A DNA stretch of 64,000 nt from Owenia fusiformis. Lineage: Eukaryota. Positions 1 to 12,026 of the stretch are shown piece by piece; positions within the stretch are counted from its first letter, which is position 1; each line of letters begins with the position of its first letter. Position numbers and translations under genes: made by a program. The notes under the pieces were generated by a model. That model saw only the letters and a list, made by a program, of their open reading frames with translations, had not been told where the DNA came from and did not search any database. The DNA lies in contig CAIIXF020000001.1 of NCBI GenBank assembly GCA_903813345.2, forward strand, positions 44,330,001 through 44,394,000. The letters run 5' to 3'.

Positions 1-1386
1 CCTAGCTCTCCATTATAAACTCTCATAACGTTACTGCATCACCGCATATCAGTGATCTTATCATCTGTAAAACCGAAATCTCAGTTACCTTCCTTTAAGT
101 GGTGGAAGATATCGTTGAGCTGTGGTGCCGACACATGATATATGAACAAATGGTCATATTCCAGAGTCTCCATGTTATGTAAGTCAGATTTAGTTCAAAT
201 ATCAAAGCATTATGTCAACTATAAAGTAGTTTAATTCAATGAAAACTAAAAATATCGAAATCGACACTTCCCGTCTGCTATCTTTGATGCGAAGGGGACG
301 TCAGTTACCTTCGCTTGATACTGACCAGTGAAGGTTTCAATCATGGAAGAAACAAGAAGGTGCAGATTGTACTAACATATTTTATTTATACATCAAAGAC
401 AAGTTTTTAAGCTCACATGGTGAGTTTATAGAAATTGAATTGTCCACTCTATTTGATAGTTCATAAACTAATGTCCTAAAAATGCCCAAAAATGCATGTA
501 GATACTTAACTTTATTTGTCTTTAATTTTGGTGCTACTTAATTTGGCAATTTTGTGTTTTTGGGCCTATTGGAGTCTATTTAATTTGGCGATTGTTTTCA
601 ATTTGATTTAAAGTACTCACCTCTGTGTATCAGAAGCAGGATCCAGATCAGCACAATGCCCTGCATCTTAGATTATATGTGTTGGTACCTTGATCACTAT
701 TATAATGAATGCCAGTGTATGAACATAGTTCTGGGACAAAATGTTTATACTTCTCTGCCAAAACAGTGAAGATTTCAATGCCAGTATGAAACAAGAAACA
801 AAGAAATTTGATAACCCCAAAAGTCTGCCCTTCTCTGTCAAAACTATTATATACAGAACAATGTGTATTCCAGTGCCTCTGATAAATGATATTATATCAA
901 AACTAGAAACAAAGCAATTTGATAACCCAGAATGTAATCAAATCACATCTGGATTGAAAAATAACAACTTAACTAATTGGTTGAAGCTTCCTTACCCAGA
1001 ACATGAGATTCACAAAATGGTCAACTGAATCAACCAATCAGCATAGAACGATTTCAAGTAGAGAATTGATCATGTTGGGAGAAGTGTTTTGTATTTGTAA
1101 TCAAAACCTTTCTTTGTTATGGTTGTTTTAGAACAAGGTCACAAATTATGAATTATAGTGCATGTTGACCCACTGTACAAATCATTCCCTGTTCTGCAAA
1201 TCTAGTATTTATCATGACCCCCCCCCCCCCCCAGGTTTCTATAGGCTTCAATGGAAAATGGCCCTTTTAAAAAAATTAGATTCTCGTAATATTCATTTCA
1301 GGGCCCTTGACAGTTTCCAAGTCCATACTTGCTATTATTTCTTATTTCCTACATTCTTCATGTTTATGTTTTCTTTGTTGTTTCAG

Positions 1387-4300
1387 GATGGACACTACCC
1401 TTGTTGACTTCAATGATATGAAGTGGGAGCGAGGAGACATCAGTTTCATATTTAATGGTGAAAAGAAGCCCTCCCATTCTCTAAAAGTACTGGATAATAA
1501 AACCAGAGTCTATCAACGAGTGCGACAAGAGGTTAGTTTAAGTTATCTTCATTTATTTGAAACAAAAAGTTTCCCCATCATTACATAGGTTTGGTGTTTT
1601 GGACTTCGATGATAAAAAACTGAAATTTATTGTTTAACTAGTTTGGAAATGGAATTGATATAACTTTGGAATTGGAATTCATTTGTTTAAATTGCTGCTG
1701 TATACAAAATGAGCATTAAATATTACATTTAACTTCATGTAAAAGAAAAAGTAGTTTGCGAAGTTGATGACCACATAACACCAGTGGTCCAGTGGTTACA
1801 TCCTTTGTCTGCTAAAGACATGCACAAAGGATCAGAGCTCCATCACATTTAGATGTCTCCCTTGAGAAGATTACCATCCCCCAGTTTTTCATTTCCACAG
1901 AGTGCTGACAGAATAAACCTTGGAGTTTTAGAATCTTGAATTTGTGTATTTTGGGCTATATTTCTAGGATACAGAAGCTGAAATTGAGGAAGAGGTTGAT
2001 ATTCTGATGTGCAGCGATATTGTAGCTGCACAGATGTCTACTAAAAATATCACATTCACTCGGGCACAAAGTGGATGGTTCTTCAAAGAGGACAAGAGTG
2101 TGAGTACTTCCTCAATATCATGTACAGTTATATAACTGCCACCTCCTTATTTAATCTCCTGTTTTGGGGGAGCCATGGATAGCCCGGAAGATTTTACCCT
2201 CCCTCTTATTTTTTCCATTTTGTCGCTGTTTTCAAATGTCTAACCCCACCTGCAAGTCACATTTTCAAAGAAAATTAAATTTTACAAAGTTAATAAACAA
2301 TTTTTGAAACCACATTTTAGGTGTGATTTTAAATGAGGTAAATCAAAATAACTTTCTTGCATTTGGTCTATTTGCTTCCAGTTTTTTAAACTGTTGCATT
2401 GTAGGTGTAGGACCTAAACTCTACAATAAGTTCTTTTGTTCAGTTAAAAAAGCAAAAAATTGAGTGTGGTCCAATATAATATATCCACATGAATCAAGAA
2501 AACATAAATGTTTTGATTTCTTACAGGAAAAAGTTGGCACTTATAACACAGATTTCTATGCAGTACATGGACTTAATCTAGAATCAAAAAAGCGGTAAGA
2601 TTGGACATACATGTATATTTAATATTAATGTTGATTTCGTCAGCTTCTGTACAAAAGTTGTAGTTTAGAGCTCAGTGTTTCAAGAAGAAAAAAATTATAT
2701 TCCAATGTGTTTTAAATAAAATATATTTTTTGACTCACTCACTGTATAGACAATATCATAATTCAAATCCATTGCACATAGGAACTGTTTCTTCTAGTTA
2801 TAAGGAGGCCCCTGCAGGGGGGCCTCCTATAGATTTTATAGATATTATTATTATTAGGAGGCCCTCCTGAAAGGGCCTCCTATAGCTTTTGTAGCTTTTC
2901 TTTATTCTTTATTCTTTATTCTTTATTTTTATTATTATTCTTCCAAAGCATTTTTCTCCTACTTCCAACTAGCTTTCAACTACCTACTATATGATCCTAC
3001 TAGTAACCTTGGCTGGAATAGGGGGGAAAATATTTTTTATCTAGGTCAAGGTCAAAGGTCAAACTCTAGGTCAAATCTAAGTTTTTTTTCAAGTTTCTCA
3101 AGTTTGTCCTTCTACTTCATTATTTCTTGCGATGAATTAAACTGAAACTACATTTAAGTATTCTCTACAAATTGTTCACTATATGTCAGCATAAAATTTT
3201 TACCGTTTTTGAGATATTTGACGTCAAAAAACGGCCAAAAAATGTCATTTTTCAACTTGCTTCAATCTGAACAATTTTTTTTAAAAATCATCTACAAGTT
3301 CCCAGGAGTCCGAATCTGACCTCAGATTTGACCTTTGACCTTTAGTTGACCTTCAGTGACCTTCGAAAGGTCAGAAAAGTTGATTTTTCAAATTGAGTCT
3401 TTGGATTCAAATTTAAGTCAGTCTAATAACAAATAGCCCACTGAGGTCTGAAAAAGTAAAAATTTCAAGGTCAAAGGTCAAGGTCATCAAATTAGGTCAC
3501 AAACTGTGCTATCTAAGTTTCTCATAGTTCAAGACTACAAATCAATATTTTGAATTGAAAGTCAAGATGTACATTCCTCTGAGGGTTCTACACATATTAG
3601 TCATTGACTATTTATTAAAATTTTGTCCCAGTTTTGAGATATAAGAGCTCAAAAACTGAAAAAGGTCAATTTTTTAAAGTTTATAAGGTCAAATTTTAAC
3701 TTGCTTCAAATTCACCCAACTTTTTTTTCAAAATCATCTACAACTTCTCAGGAGTTCATATTTAACCTCAGATTTGACATTTGACCTTTAGTTGACCTTC
3801 AGTGACCTTCGAAAGGTCAGAAAAGTTGATTTTTCAAATTGAGTTTTTGGATTCAAATTTAGGGTAAGCCTAATCAAAAAAGACCCACTGAGCTCTAAAA
3901 CAGTAAAATTTTCAAGGTCAAGGGTCACGGTTATCAAATTAGGTCAAAGGTCAAAATCTAGGTCAAATCTAAATTTTTTTCAAGTTTCTCAACTTTGTCC
4001 TTATACTTCATTATTTCTTGCGATAAATTAAACTGAAACTACATTTAAGTATTTTCTACAAATTGTTCACTATATGTCAGCATTGAATTTTTACCATTTT
4101 TGAGATATTTGACGTCGAAAAACGGTCAAAAAAGGTAATTTTTCAACTTGCTTCAATCTGACCCAATTTTTTTTTAAAAATCATCTACAAATTCCCAGGA
4201 GTCCGAATCTGACCTCATATTTGACCTTTGACCTTTAGTTGACCTTCAATGACCTTCGAAAGGTAAGAAAAGTTGATTTTTCAAATTGAGTCTTTGGATT

Positions 4301-7300
4301 CATATTTAGGTCAGCCTGATTAAAGTAGATCTACTGAGGTCTAAAAGGGTAAAACTTTTCAAGGTCAAAGGTCAAGATCATGAAATTAGGTCACAAACTG
4401 TTCGAGACTACAAACCAATATTTTTAACCCGAAGTCGAAATATACACATTCCTCTAAGGGTTCTACACATATAAGCAATTGACTATATAATAGAATTTTG
4501 TCCCAGTTTGAGATATAAGAGTTCAAAAATTGAAAAAAGGTCACTTTTGAAATTTTTCAAGGTCAAATTTAAACTCGCTTCAAATTGACAAAATCTTTTT
4601 TTGAAAATCATCTACAAGTTCTCAAGAGTTCACATCTGACCTCAGATTTGATATTTGTCATTTAGTTGACCTTCAAATTGTCAAAAATGCCTAAGAGGGC
4701 CTCCGTGAGATTGCTTGCATTCTTCAAAAGTCTAGTTATTATTCTTTATTCTTCCTAAACCCTTTTCTCCTACTTCCAACTACCTTTCAACTAGCTACTA
4801 CATAGTCCTACTAGGGACCTTGGCTGAACTTGGTGGAAAGGAATTTTTATCTAGGTCAAGGTCAAAGGTCAAAATCTAGGTCAAATCTAAGTTTTTTTCA
4901 AGTTTCTCAAATCCTGACACTACACTTCAATATTTTTGGCTGAATTTTTGCATACAGATAGATATTAGTATTCTATTAGTCTTAGCCTTTTGCCGTCTAG
5001 AGAAATTTTGCCTAGATTTTGAGATATTGAAGGTCAAAAAAGGTCTTTTTTCAACTTGACCAAATTTTTTTTTAAAACTCATCTACAAGTTCTCAGGATT
5101 CCAAATCTGACCTTACTTTTGACCTTTGACCTTTGGTTGACCTTCAGTGACCTCCGAAAGTCAAAAAAGTTGATTTTTCAAATCGATTTTCTGGATTCAA
5201 ATTTAGGTATATTTATTCACAAAAGACCTTCTGAGGTCTAAAAAAATTTGCAAGATCAAAGGTCAAGGTCATCAAACCAAATCACAAACTGTGTTTTCTG
5301 AGTTTCTCAAAATTTGAGACTACAAATCAATTTTTTTTACTGAAAGTCAGAATATATATTCCTCTAAAGGTTCTACACATATTAGCAATTGACTATTTAT
5401 TAAAACTTTGCTCCAGTTTTGAGATATTAGAACTCAAAAACTGAAAAAAGGTCAAATTTCGAAATTTTTCACTGTCAAATTTCAACTTGCTCTAAATTGA
5501 CCACATTTTTTTTAAAAAAGCATCTACAAGATCTCAGGAACTCAAATCTGACCTTAGTTTTGACCTATGACCTTTGGTTGACCTTCAGTGACCTTCGAAA
5601 GGTAAAAAAAGTTGATTTTTCAAATTGATTTTCTGGATTCAAATTTAGGTTTATTCAATCAGAAAAGAGATACTAAGGTCTAAAAAGTAAAATTTTCAAG
5701 GTCAAAGGTCAAGGTCATCAAACAAGATCACAAACTGTGTTTTCTAAGTTTCTCAAAGTTTGTGACTACAAATCAATATTTTTTAATTAAAGTCAGGATA
5801 TATATTCCTCTAAAGGTTTTACACATATTAACAATTGATTATCTATTAAGATTCTGCACCAGTTTTGAGATATTGGACCTCAAAAATTGAAAAAGGTCTA
5901 ATGTTGAAATTTTTCAAGGTCAAATTTCACATTGCTTCAAATTGACCAAACTTTTTTAAAAAATCATCTACAAGATGCCTGGAGTTCATATATGACCTTG
6001 TATTTAAGATTTGACCTTTGGCTGACCTTTAAATGTTCAAAAAAGCCTACGGGGCCTCCTTAAGATTGCTTGCAATCTTAAACCTCTAGTTATCAATGTT
6101 TTTATTGAAACATTGTAGGCGTGAGCACTTAACAGAAGAAGATCTCCATAAAAATAAAACTCTCATGGAAAACCTCAGTAAAGGAAGGATGGTCGAACAT
6201 TTAGAGGTAATAAATGCATTTTTCTATTTACCTTTTATTACTTTTTGAAGCTGTACTAATTATTGAAAAGAACTTTGGTAACAACTTTACTGTAATTTTT
6301 TTCTATTTTGGTGACGACACAGATACAATGCAGTTATTTTTTTATTATGATTGTCAAAATATTCATGCATCCGATAAAGTGTCCTCATCCCACGATGGTG
6401 CAGTTTCCAGCGATCTGATTGGCCTGATGAAAGTGATCAAGTGAAATTCAGAAATGATTCTGTCTGTGTATTTCACTCACTGCCAGTGCCTTATGGAATA
6501 CAGTCCTTCTCGGGCACAAAACCAATGTTATACCTATTGTATTCTTTCAGACTCAGAGAAGTACCTCACTACCCCCTCCCCCACCCACCAATGTGACCTG
6601 GGAGCAATACATAAAATCGCCTGCTGGAAAACCTCCACTTATAGGACGTCCAAGAGTTAGCAAGGAAAACTGTAAAACATTTAAGGCAACTTTAGGAATG
6701 GTTAGTTTTTCTGTAATAAGGATTTTTAAATTACTAATTAAAGTTCTTGTAATATGTATTTTTGTGAAATGGTTAGTGTATCACATAGATTCTACTGACA
6801 TGTCACATTACATAAAGATAGAATTACATATTTGGATCAATTTGACATTTCATTACATAGTTATTTTATATACTGTAGATTTGGTTAATTTGGCGCCTGT
6901 TTTAATTTGGAGAATTTGGCCAAATTGAAAAACCGCCAATTTATGTATTCACCAAAGTTTAAAAAGGATCCTCGGGAATTTCGTCTAGTGTATTTAAGTC
7001 ACTTCTGGTTTAGCTTCACAAAATCTGAAAAGGATAAGGTTGATAATCAGAACATATCACTTCAAAATTGGCTCAGAGGAGTTGCTTCATCAATAAATTA
7101 CAAGATATAGTAGTGGAATTGAAGGAATAGATGTTACACTTTGTATTTTGTCCCAGTGTATATGGACATTGTGGTGTCAGAGCAATGTCCAATGTTCGCC
7201 AAATTAAATATATGCCAAAAATGGCAAAATCGCCAAATTAGTCAACACCAAATTAACCCAACATACAGTATTTGACATTATACTGCTATTTTGTGCATTG

Positions 7301-8172
7301 TGTTACTGAAATTCTCAAATTAAATATAAGAATTATGAAATAAATAAATTGAATTGAATAGAAAAAAAATGTGTTCCACTGTATTGATTGTTTTACTCCA
7401 TGTTTTGAACAGGCACAGAAAGATTGATATATAACTTTATCTTGGTAAATATATGAGTGAAAATCATGATATAAATTTTTTAGAGTCAAGATTTCCCAAT
7501 GAGCGTGAATACACTGCTAGATGTACTAGAAATCATTGCACCTCTGAAGCAATTCACCAAACTTCGTGAATTTATGGAGACAAAACTACCAGATGGATTT
7601 CCAGTAAAAATAGGTACATTTTTCAGATTGATCTATCTCATATGTCCATGCCTGTGATTTTAAATCTTGCATTTACAAATGAAGTCAAATATGAGTTCAA
7701 ACTTTTTTGTTTCAGGTAGACATTTTAAAGAGCTTTGCCTGTTTACAACACCATGTAAGATTTGCATCAAGTGATGCAGGTGCCGTATAAAAGTGGGACT
7801 GACTCATTCCCATTTGATCTACGGCAACCGTACAGTGGCCGTAGCTTCCCAAAATCAAGAGTAATATACAGCATAAAATATAGTACAGTGTTGATTTTCT
7901 ATATCGATTTTGTGAAGCTCAACTGCCATACAGCCACCATAGAGCAAATGTGACAAGAGGCTTATATTTGAACCTATCACTAATATTCAGCAACTGTACT
8001 TGATGTATTATTAATATGAAACCAAATTGTGTTTTCAGAAATTCCTGTCTTCCCAACAGTTACAGCTAAAGTGACATTTCAGGACTTTGAATGGAGAACT
8101 AATATATCTGACACTCTCTTCACAGTGCCTAAGGACTATAGTGAAGATCCTAACAGATTCCCAGATTTATGA
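1387..8172 (+). CDS. ANKRD13C: Ankyrin repeat domain-containing protein 13C-like, 3' part (5' exons lie upstream of the window). Exons 1387-1531, 1968-2099, 2527-2594, 6119-6206, 6551-6700, 7484-7613, 8039-8172 (TGA)
   Basis: Seven exons with AG/GT ends splice in frame: MDTTLVDFNDMKWERGDISFIFNG...EIEEEVDILMCSDIVAAQMSTKNITFTRAQSGWFFKEDK...LESKKRREHLTEEDL...KTFKATLGMSQDFPMSVNTLLDVLEIIAPLKQFTKLREFMETKLPDGFPVKIEIPVFPTVTAKVTFQDF...DYSEDPNRFPDL*. This matches the ANKRD13 C-terminal (GPCR-chaperone) domain. The ...DPxRFPDL end without UIMs is typical of the 13C paralogue. Confidence 0.93.
2800..6091 (+). mobile_element. Outer non-autonomous Helentron-type (HINE/DINE-like) element in an ANKRD13C intron
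   Basis: 5' hairpin GGAGGCCCC-tgca-GGGGGGCCTCC, (TAT/TTC)n microsatellite, internal AGGTCA-rich repeats, 3' subterminal GGGGCCTCC, palindrome AAGATTGC-tt-GCAATCTT, then CTAGTT. Confidence 0.75.
2853..4737 (+). mobile_element. Inner HINE-like element of the same family, inserted in the microsatellite of the outer one
   Basis: Second hairpin GGAGGCCCT-cctga-AAGGGCCTCC at about 2857; its own 3' end GGGCCTCC...GAGATTGCTTGCATTCTT...CTAGTT at about 4697-4737, after which the outer element's microsatellite resumes. Confidence 0.75.
6871..7270. mobile_element. Tc1/mariner-type MITE remnant (TACTGTA...TACAGTA) with AATTTGGCG subterminal motifs; related fragment at about 520-610
   Basis: TACTGTAGATTTGGTTAATTTGG versus CCAAATTAACCCAACATACAGTA. 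Confidence 0.6.
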
Positions 8173-11100
8173 CCCACGCTTGAAATGTTACTAATTAGTG
8201 TTTTATCTAGTCTGAAAGATTCAGTCTACGATGAGAATCATGATATTACAGTCGGGATGGATATCCCATTAACCAATCTGCTAAACTCAAGCGCACATAT
8301 GACTCTGATCTTTGAACCCTCTACAGCTGAGTGAATAAAGGTGATTCTAATCAGTCCATGCATCTATTTCATCTTGATTGTGCAATCGGATGTGCTTAAA
8401 TTTAAACAAGGAAGCAGAGTGTCTTTGGCTGTCTGTCTACCATCTTTCTGCTAATGAGAGAATATGTGGTTTCAAAAGTTAAATCACACCTTAATGCATT
8501 GATATCACATGACCAGTGAATGTTTCAGAGAAAAAATAAAGTTACATCTTACAAAGTAGATGAAAGTAGATTTAGATTGACTGTATAACTTGAAAGTCTT
8601 GCGTTACATTAAATTCTGAATTCAAAATAGAAGTACCTACTACATATGGAATTTTGATTTTGAAATTCTTTTGAATTAAGGACTTGATCATGATATTGTA
8701 TAGAATTTTAATTGGTCAAAAGTATCTTTTATGCAGTCAAGCTTGAATAGTTGATATCTATCCAATCTTATATTGATAAATCTTACTGTTCAAATATATA
8801 TTGGAATAGTAATTTTGGTGGAAATTGTATTTTTCATTGATTTTCATTACATGTATTCAGTTCCCTCAAATTCTTTAATGTCAACAATAGAATCATTCAT
8901 TCGCAAGGTATAAAATTTATAGAGATAAATCTTACTAATAATGCAAGTATATTGCAATAGTAATTTTGGTGGAAATAGTAGTTTTCATTGATTTTCATTA
9001 CATGTACTGTACTCAGTTAGCAACTTGCTTAATAGTAATGAATTATTTTTAAAAGATCATGCCAATGGAACACTTATCCAACTGACTGAAAGAGAAATAT
9101 GTTTGACTACCTCTTAGGGAAGGGAACATATGTTACTAGTCTTTGAAATGAAAATGAAATCTAGGATGCAGTGTGTCTCAGGGTTTCTTCTCTGTACTAA
9201 TTGTGTTTTTCCTATATGCCTTTATAGTTCTTCCCCAATCTGCTATCGGATCACTTATTGTTTGTTGAATCAGAGACAATTGGTTGAGTATATAAATACT
9301 ATAGACTACTTTATCTAGTCGTACATTTTTATAGGACAGCTATTCAAAGTTTGAAGAGTTGTACGTTTTATCCAGACTTGGAGTACAGACACAGGAATGT
9401 CCATTGTAAATTGAGAGAACAGTAAAACCAGTCTAATCCAAACACTTCTTTGATCGGCTAAAAGTGTTCAGATTGTTAGATGTTCCCATTTCAGGGATTA
9501 CATAACTTTAAATTGCAAAAATGAAAATTTAGAATGGGTGTGGTAAATTGAACAATAAACATGCTTTAATTTGTTCCCATAAGATTGATAAAAAACGTGA
9601 ATATTATTTTTAGTTCATCTACTGTAAAACAGATTTCAGTTATTGATGAGTCTGTACACTGAATACAACAGATCCTCACCTAGTTGAACCAAAGAAATTC
9701 TAGTTAATTATTTGATTTAATCAAAGTGATATACATGTATTTGTCTAAATGAAAAAAATTATCTCTAAGATCTTAGCTGATGATACTATATTGCAGTTGG
9801 CAGCTGAATTTTCTCTGTGCATTGCGTTAGACTACTTATTTTAATACACATATAGTTAGTCTCTTTAAATTTTAAGATCTTTTCCATTTGATGTCATGAG
9901 ATGATTATTTGAGATAAGGTACATAACACATTGGTTTGTCAATTTAAAATACTGCATGCAATTGTGTCACCCTCTTTCTCTATGATTCTGTATTTGTTAA
10001 CTAATTAAAAGTCTCTAGATAGATGTAGCTCTTGTTTATAATTGAAAAAATTACAAAATGTATTATCAATCTCCAATTCACATATTGTCAAGATCTGATC
10101 AGATGGCGTAAAACATGATCATTCATTTCTTATACATTAAATTTGTTTGTATTTTATTTGAATTTGAATGTGTTCTGAGATGGTAATAGTAATTAGGTTT
10201 AACAATCTAAACTGTGCATGAAATAATAATACATTCTGAAGAGTTAATGTCCATTTGGTGCCAACGTGGGTCTATTGTACACATCATTGGATATTTCAAT
10301 TGTGCACAATATTGTGTCTATATATTGTACTATATTCTCTTTATCACAACTTGTTCTCCAGTAAGGGGCTCTTATAATGAATATATAAATTATTGTAGAG
10401 TATAATACACAGTGTAGATAGGATATATCTAGATTTTCATACTGTATGTTTTATACTGTGTACCATCAATTACAGAATAGGTAGGGGAATAAATTATTTC
10501 ACATACAAATATCATGAGTTTATTTTATGTTGATCATATCTTATTTACTGGTCTAAGTGAAGGCTATGCAGTTTTAATGTCACCACTTGACATCGGTATG
10601 GTCTACCAACTTTTTCGTGAGCTGTGTTCGGTGTCTATCATGACAGGTGTGACATTTTGCATATTAATGCCTTGTTTTTATATGAGGCCTATTGATGTAC
10701 GGTCTGCTTAAATTCCCTCGCCCTTCTTCAACCTGAGGTTTGAAAAATTATCAAGTAATTTGATTTGTCACCTTCACTTCAAGTGTCCCGGTATTCAGAC
10801 CTCGAGGGCAAATAATTAATACAAACAAAACTAACAAGAGGTTTGAAAGATAATTTTGATTTATTTTTAAACCATCAATTAGTGATTGATCCATAACTAG
10901 GCAAAATAAAATACTTCGGAAACAGGCATGGAAAACTTGAAACCAACATATTGTTTAAACAGCAATTGTAATATACTTTAAATGGCATATAAAGTTATCA
11001 GAAAGCTATTACAAAATTACAAATCAGATCAACACTGGAAATAAATGGATGTTTTGCCTAAAAAAAGATAAACCAATAATCAAAAAAATATGGAGTGAAA

Positions 11101-12026
11101 CCAGGGTTGCCAAAATAAGAGAGAAGTATAAACTATTATGTTTCGCGTTTCGGCCCAGAAGTAGCTTCACTCTAAATTCTTTGAGAATAGAAAAAGTGAA
11201 AAATTGTACAAAAATTATGCTGTGTCATTATTCTTTAAAATAAGATCTGAATCAAAAATTAATCTCGAAAAATAATCTCACAGGCCTTAACACAATTTAA
11301 CTAAAATTATATCAGTTAAGACACTTAAAATCTTTGATCTAATAAAATCTAAACGCATTCTCAATAACCACATCAAGATTGCTTTCATTCTGAAGCTAAA
11401 AATGATTCATCAAAACCAATGAAACAGATTTAGTAACAAAATGGTTCATTACATTTTTCAAATTCATTTGACTCATAAATACAAATTTGATTCATACATA
11501 CAAAACTATAAAATGTTACATTTCAATTTTGTTCATTTGCTTTTAGTGTGTTTGAAAGAGACATGCTATTTCAGATTTCATCTTCACATTTGGACAATCA
11601 AACTCTGTATTGACAGACCGCAAATCTGTCTCTACACAACCAGAAAACATTTGTTCTATCAATACTTTAAGAGTATACAAGAGTTTAAAAACATAATAAA
11701 AGTACATAAAAAACTTCGTTCCATGAAAACTGTTCACTAAAAGTCCTTTTACTTAATCCATTTACTAAAATTATTAAAATATTCTGCAGTGTATAATCTG
11801 CTAATCAGACTCTCTGGTAGTGTACACAGAGCTTTGTGATCCAAAGTACGAAATCATTGTCCATTTATCATTTCAGGGGTCGGTATGTCCAATTAAAAAC
11901 AAATGCTGAATAAATGACATATGGCTGTTCACTTGGAACCTCAGACAGCCATTGTCCATTCAGCATTGTCTAATAAGTTAGTCATTATTTAATCCATTCA
12001 GCATTGTCTTATAAGTGAGTCATTAT

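Noticed and set aside
741..1028. 95-aa ORF with a repeated ETKxFDNP motif
   Set aside because: Reflects a short local duplication in an ANKRD13C intron; no domain similarity or splice support.
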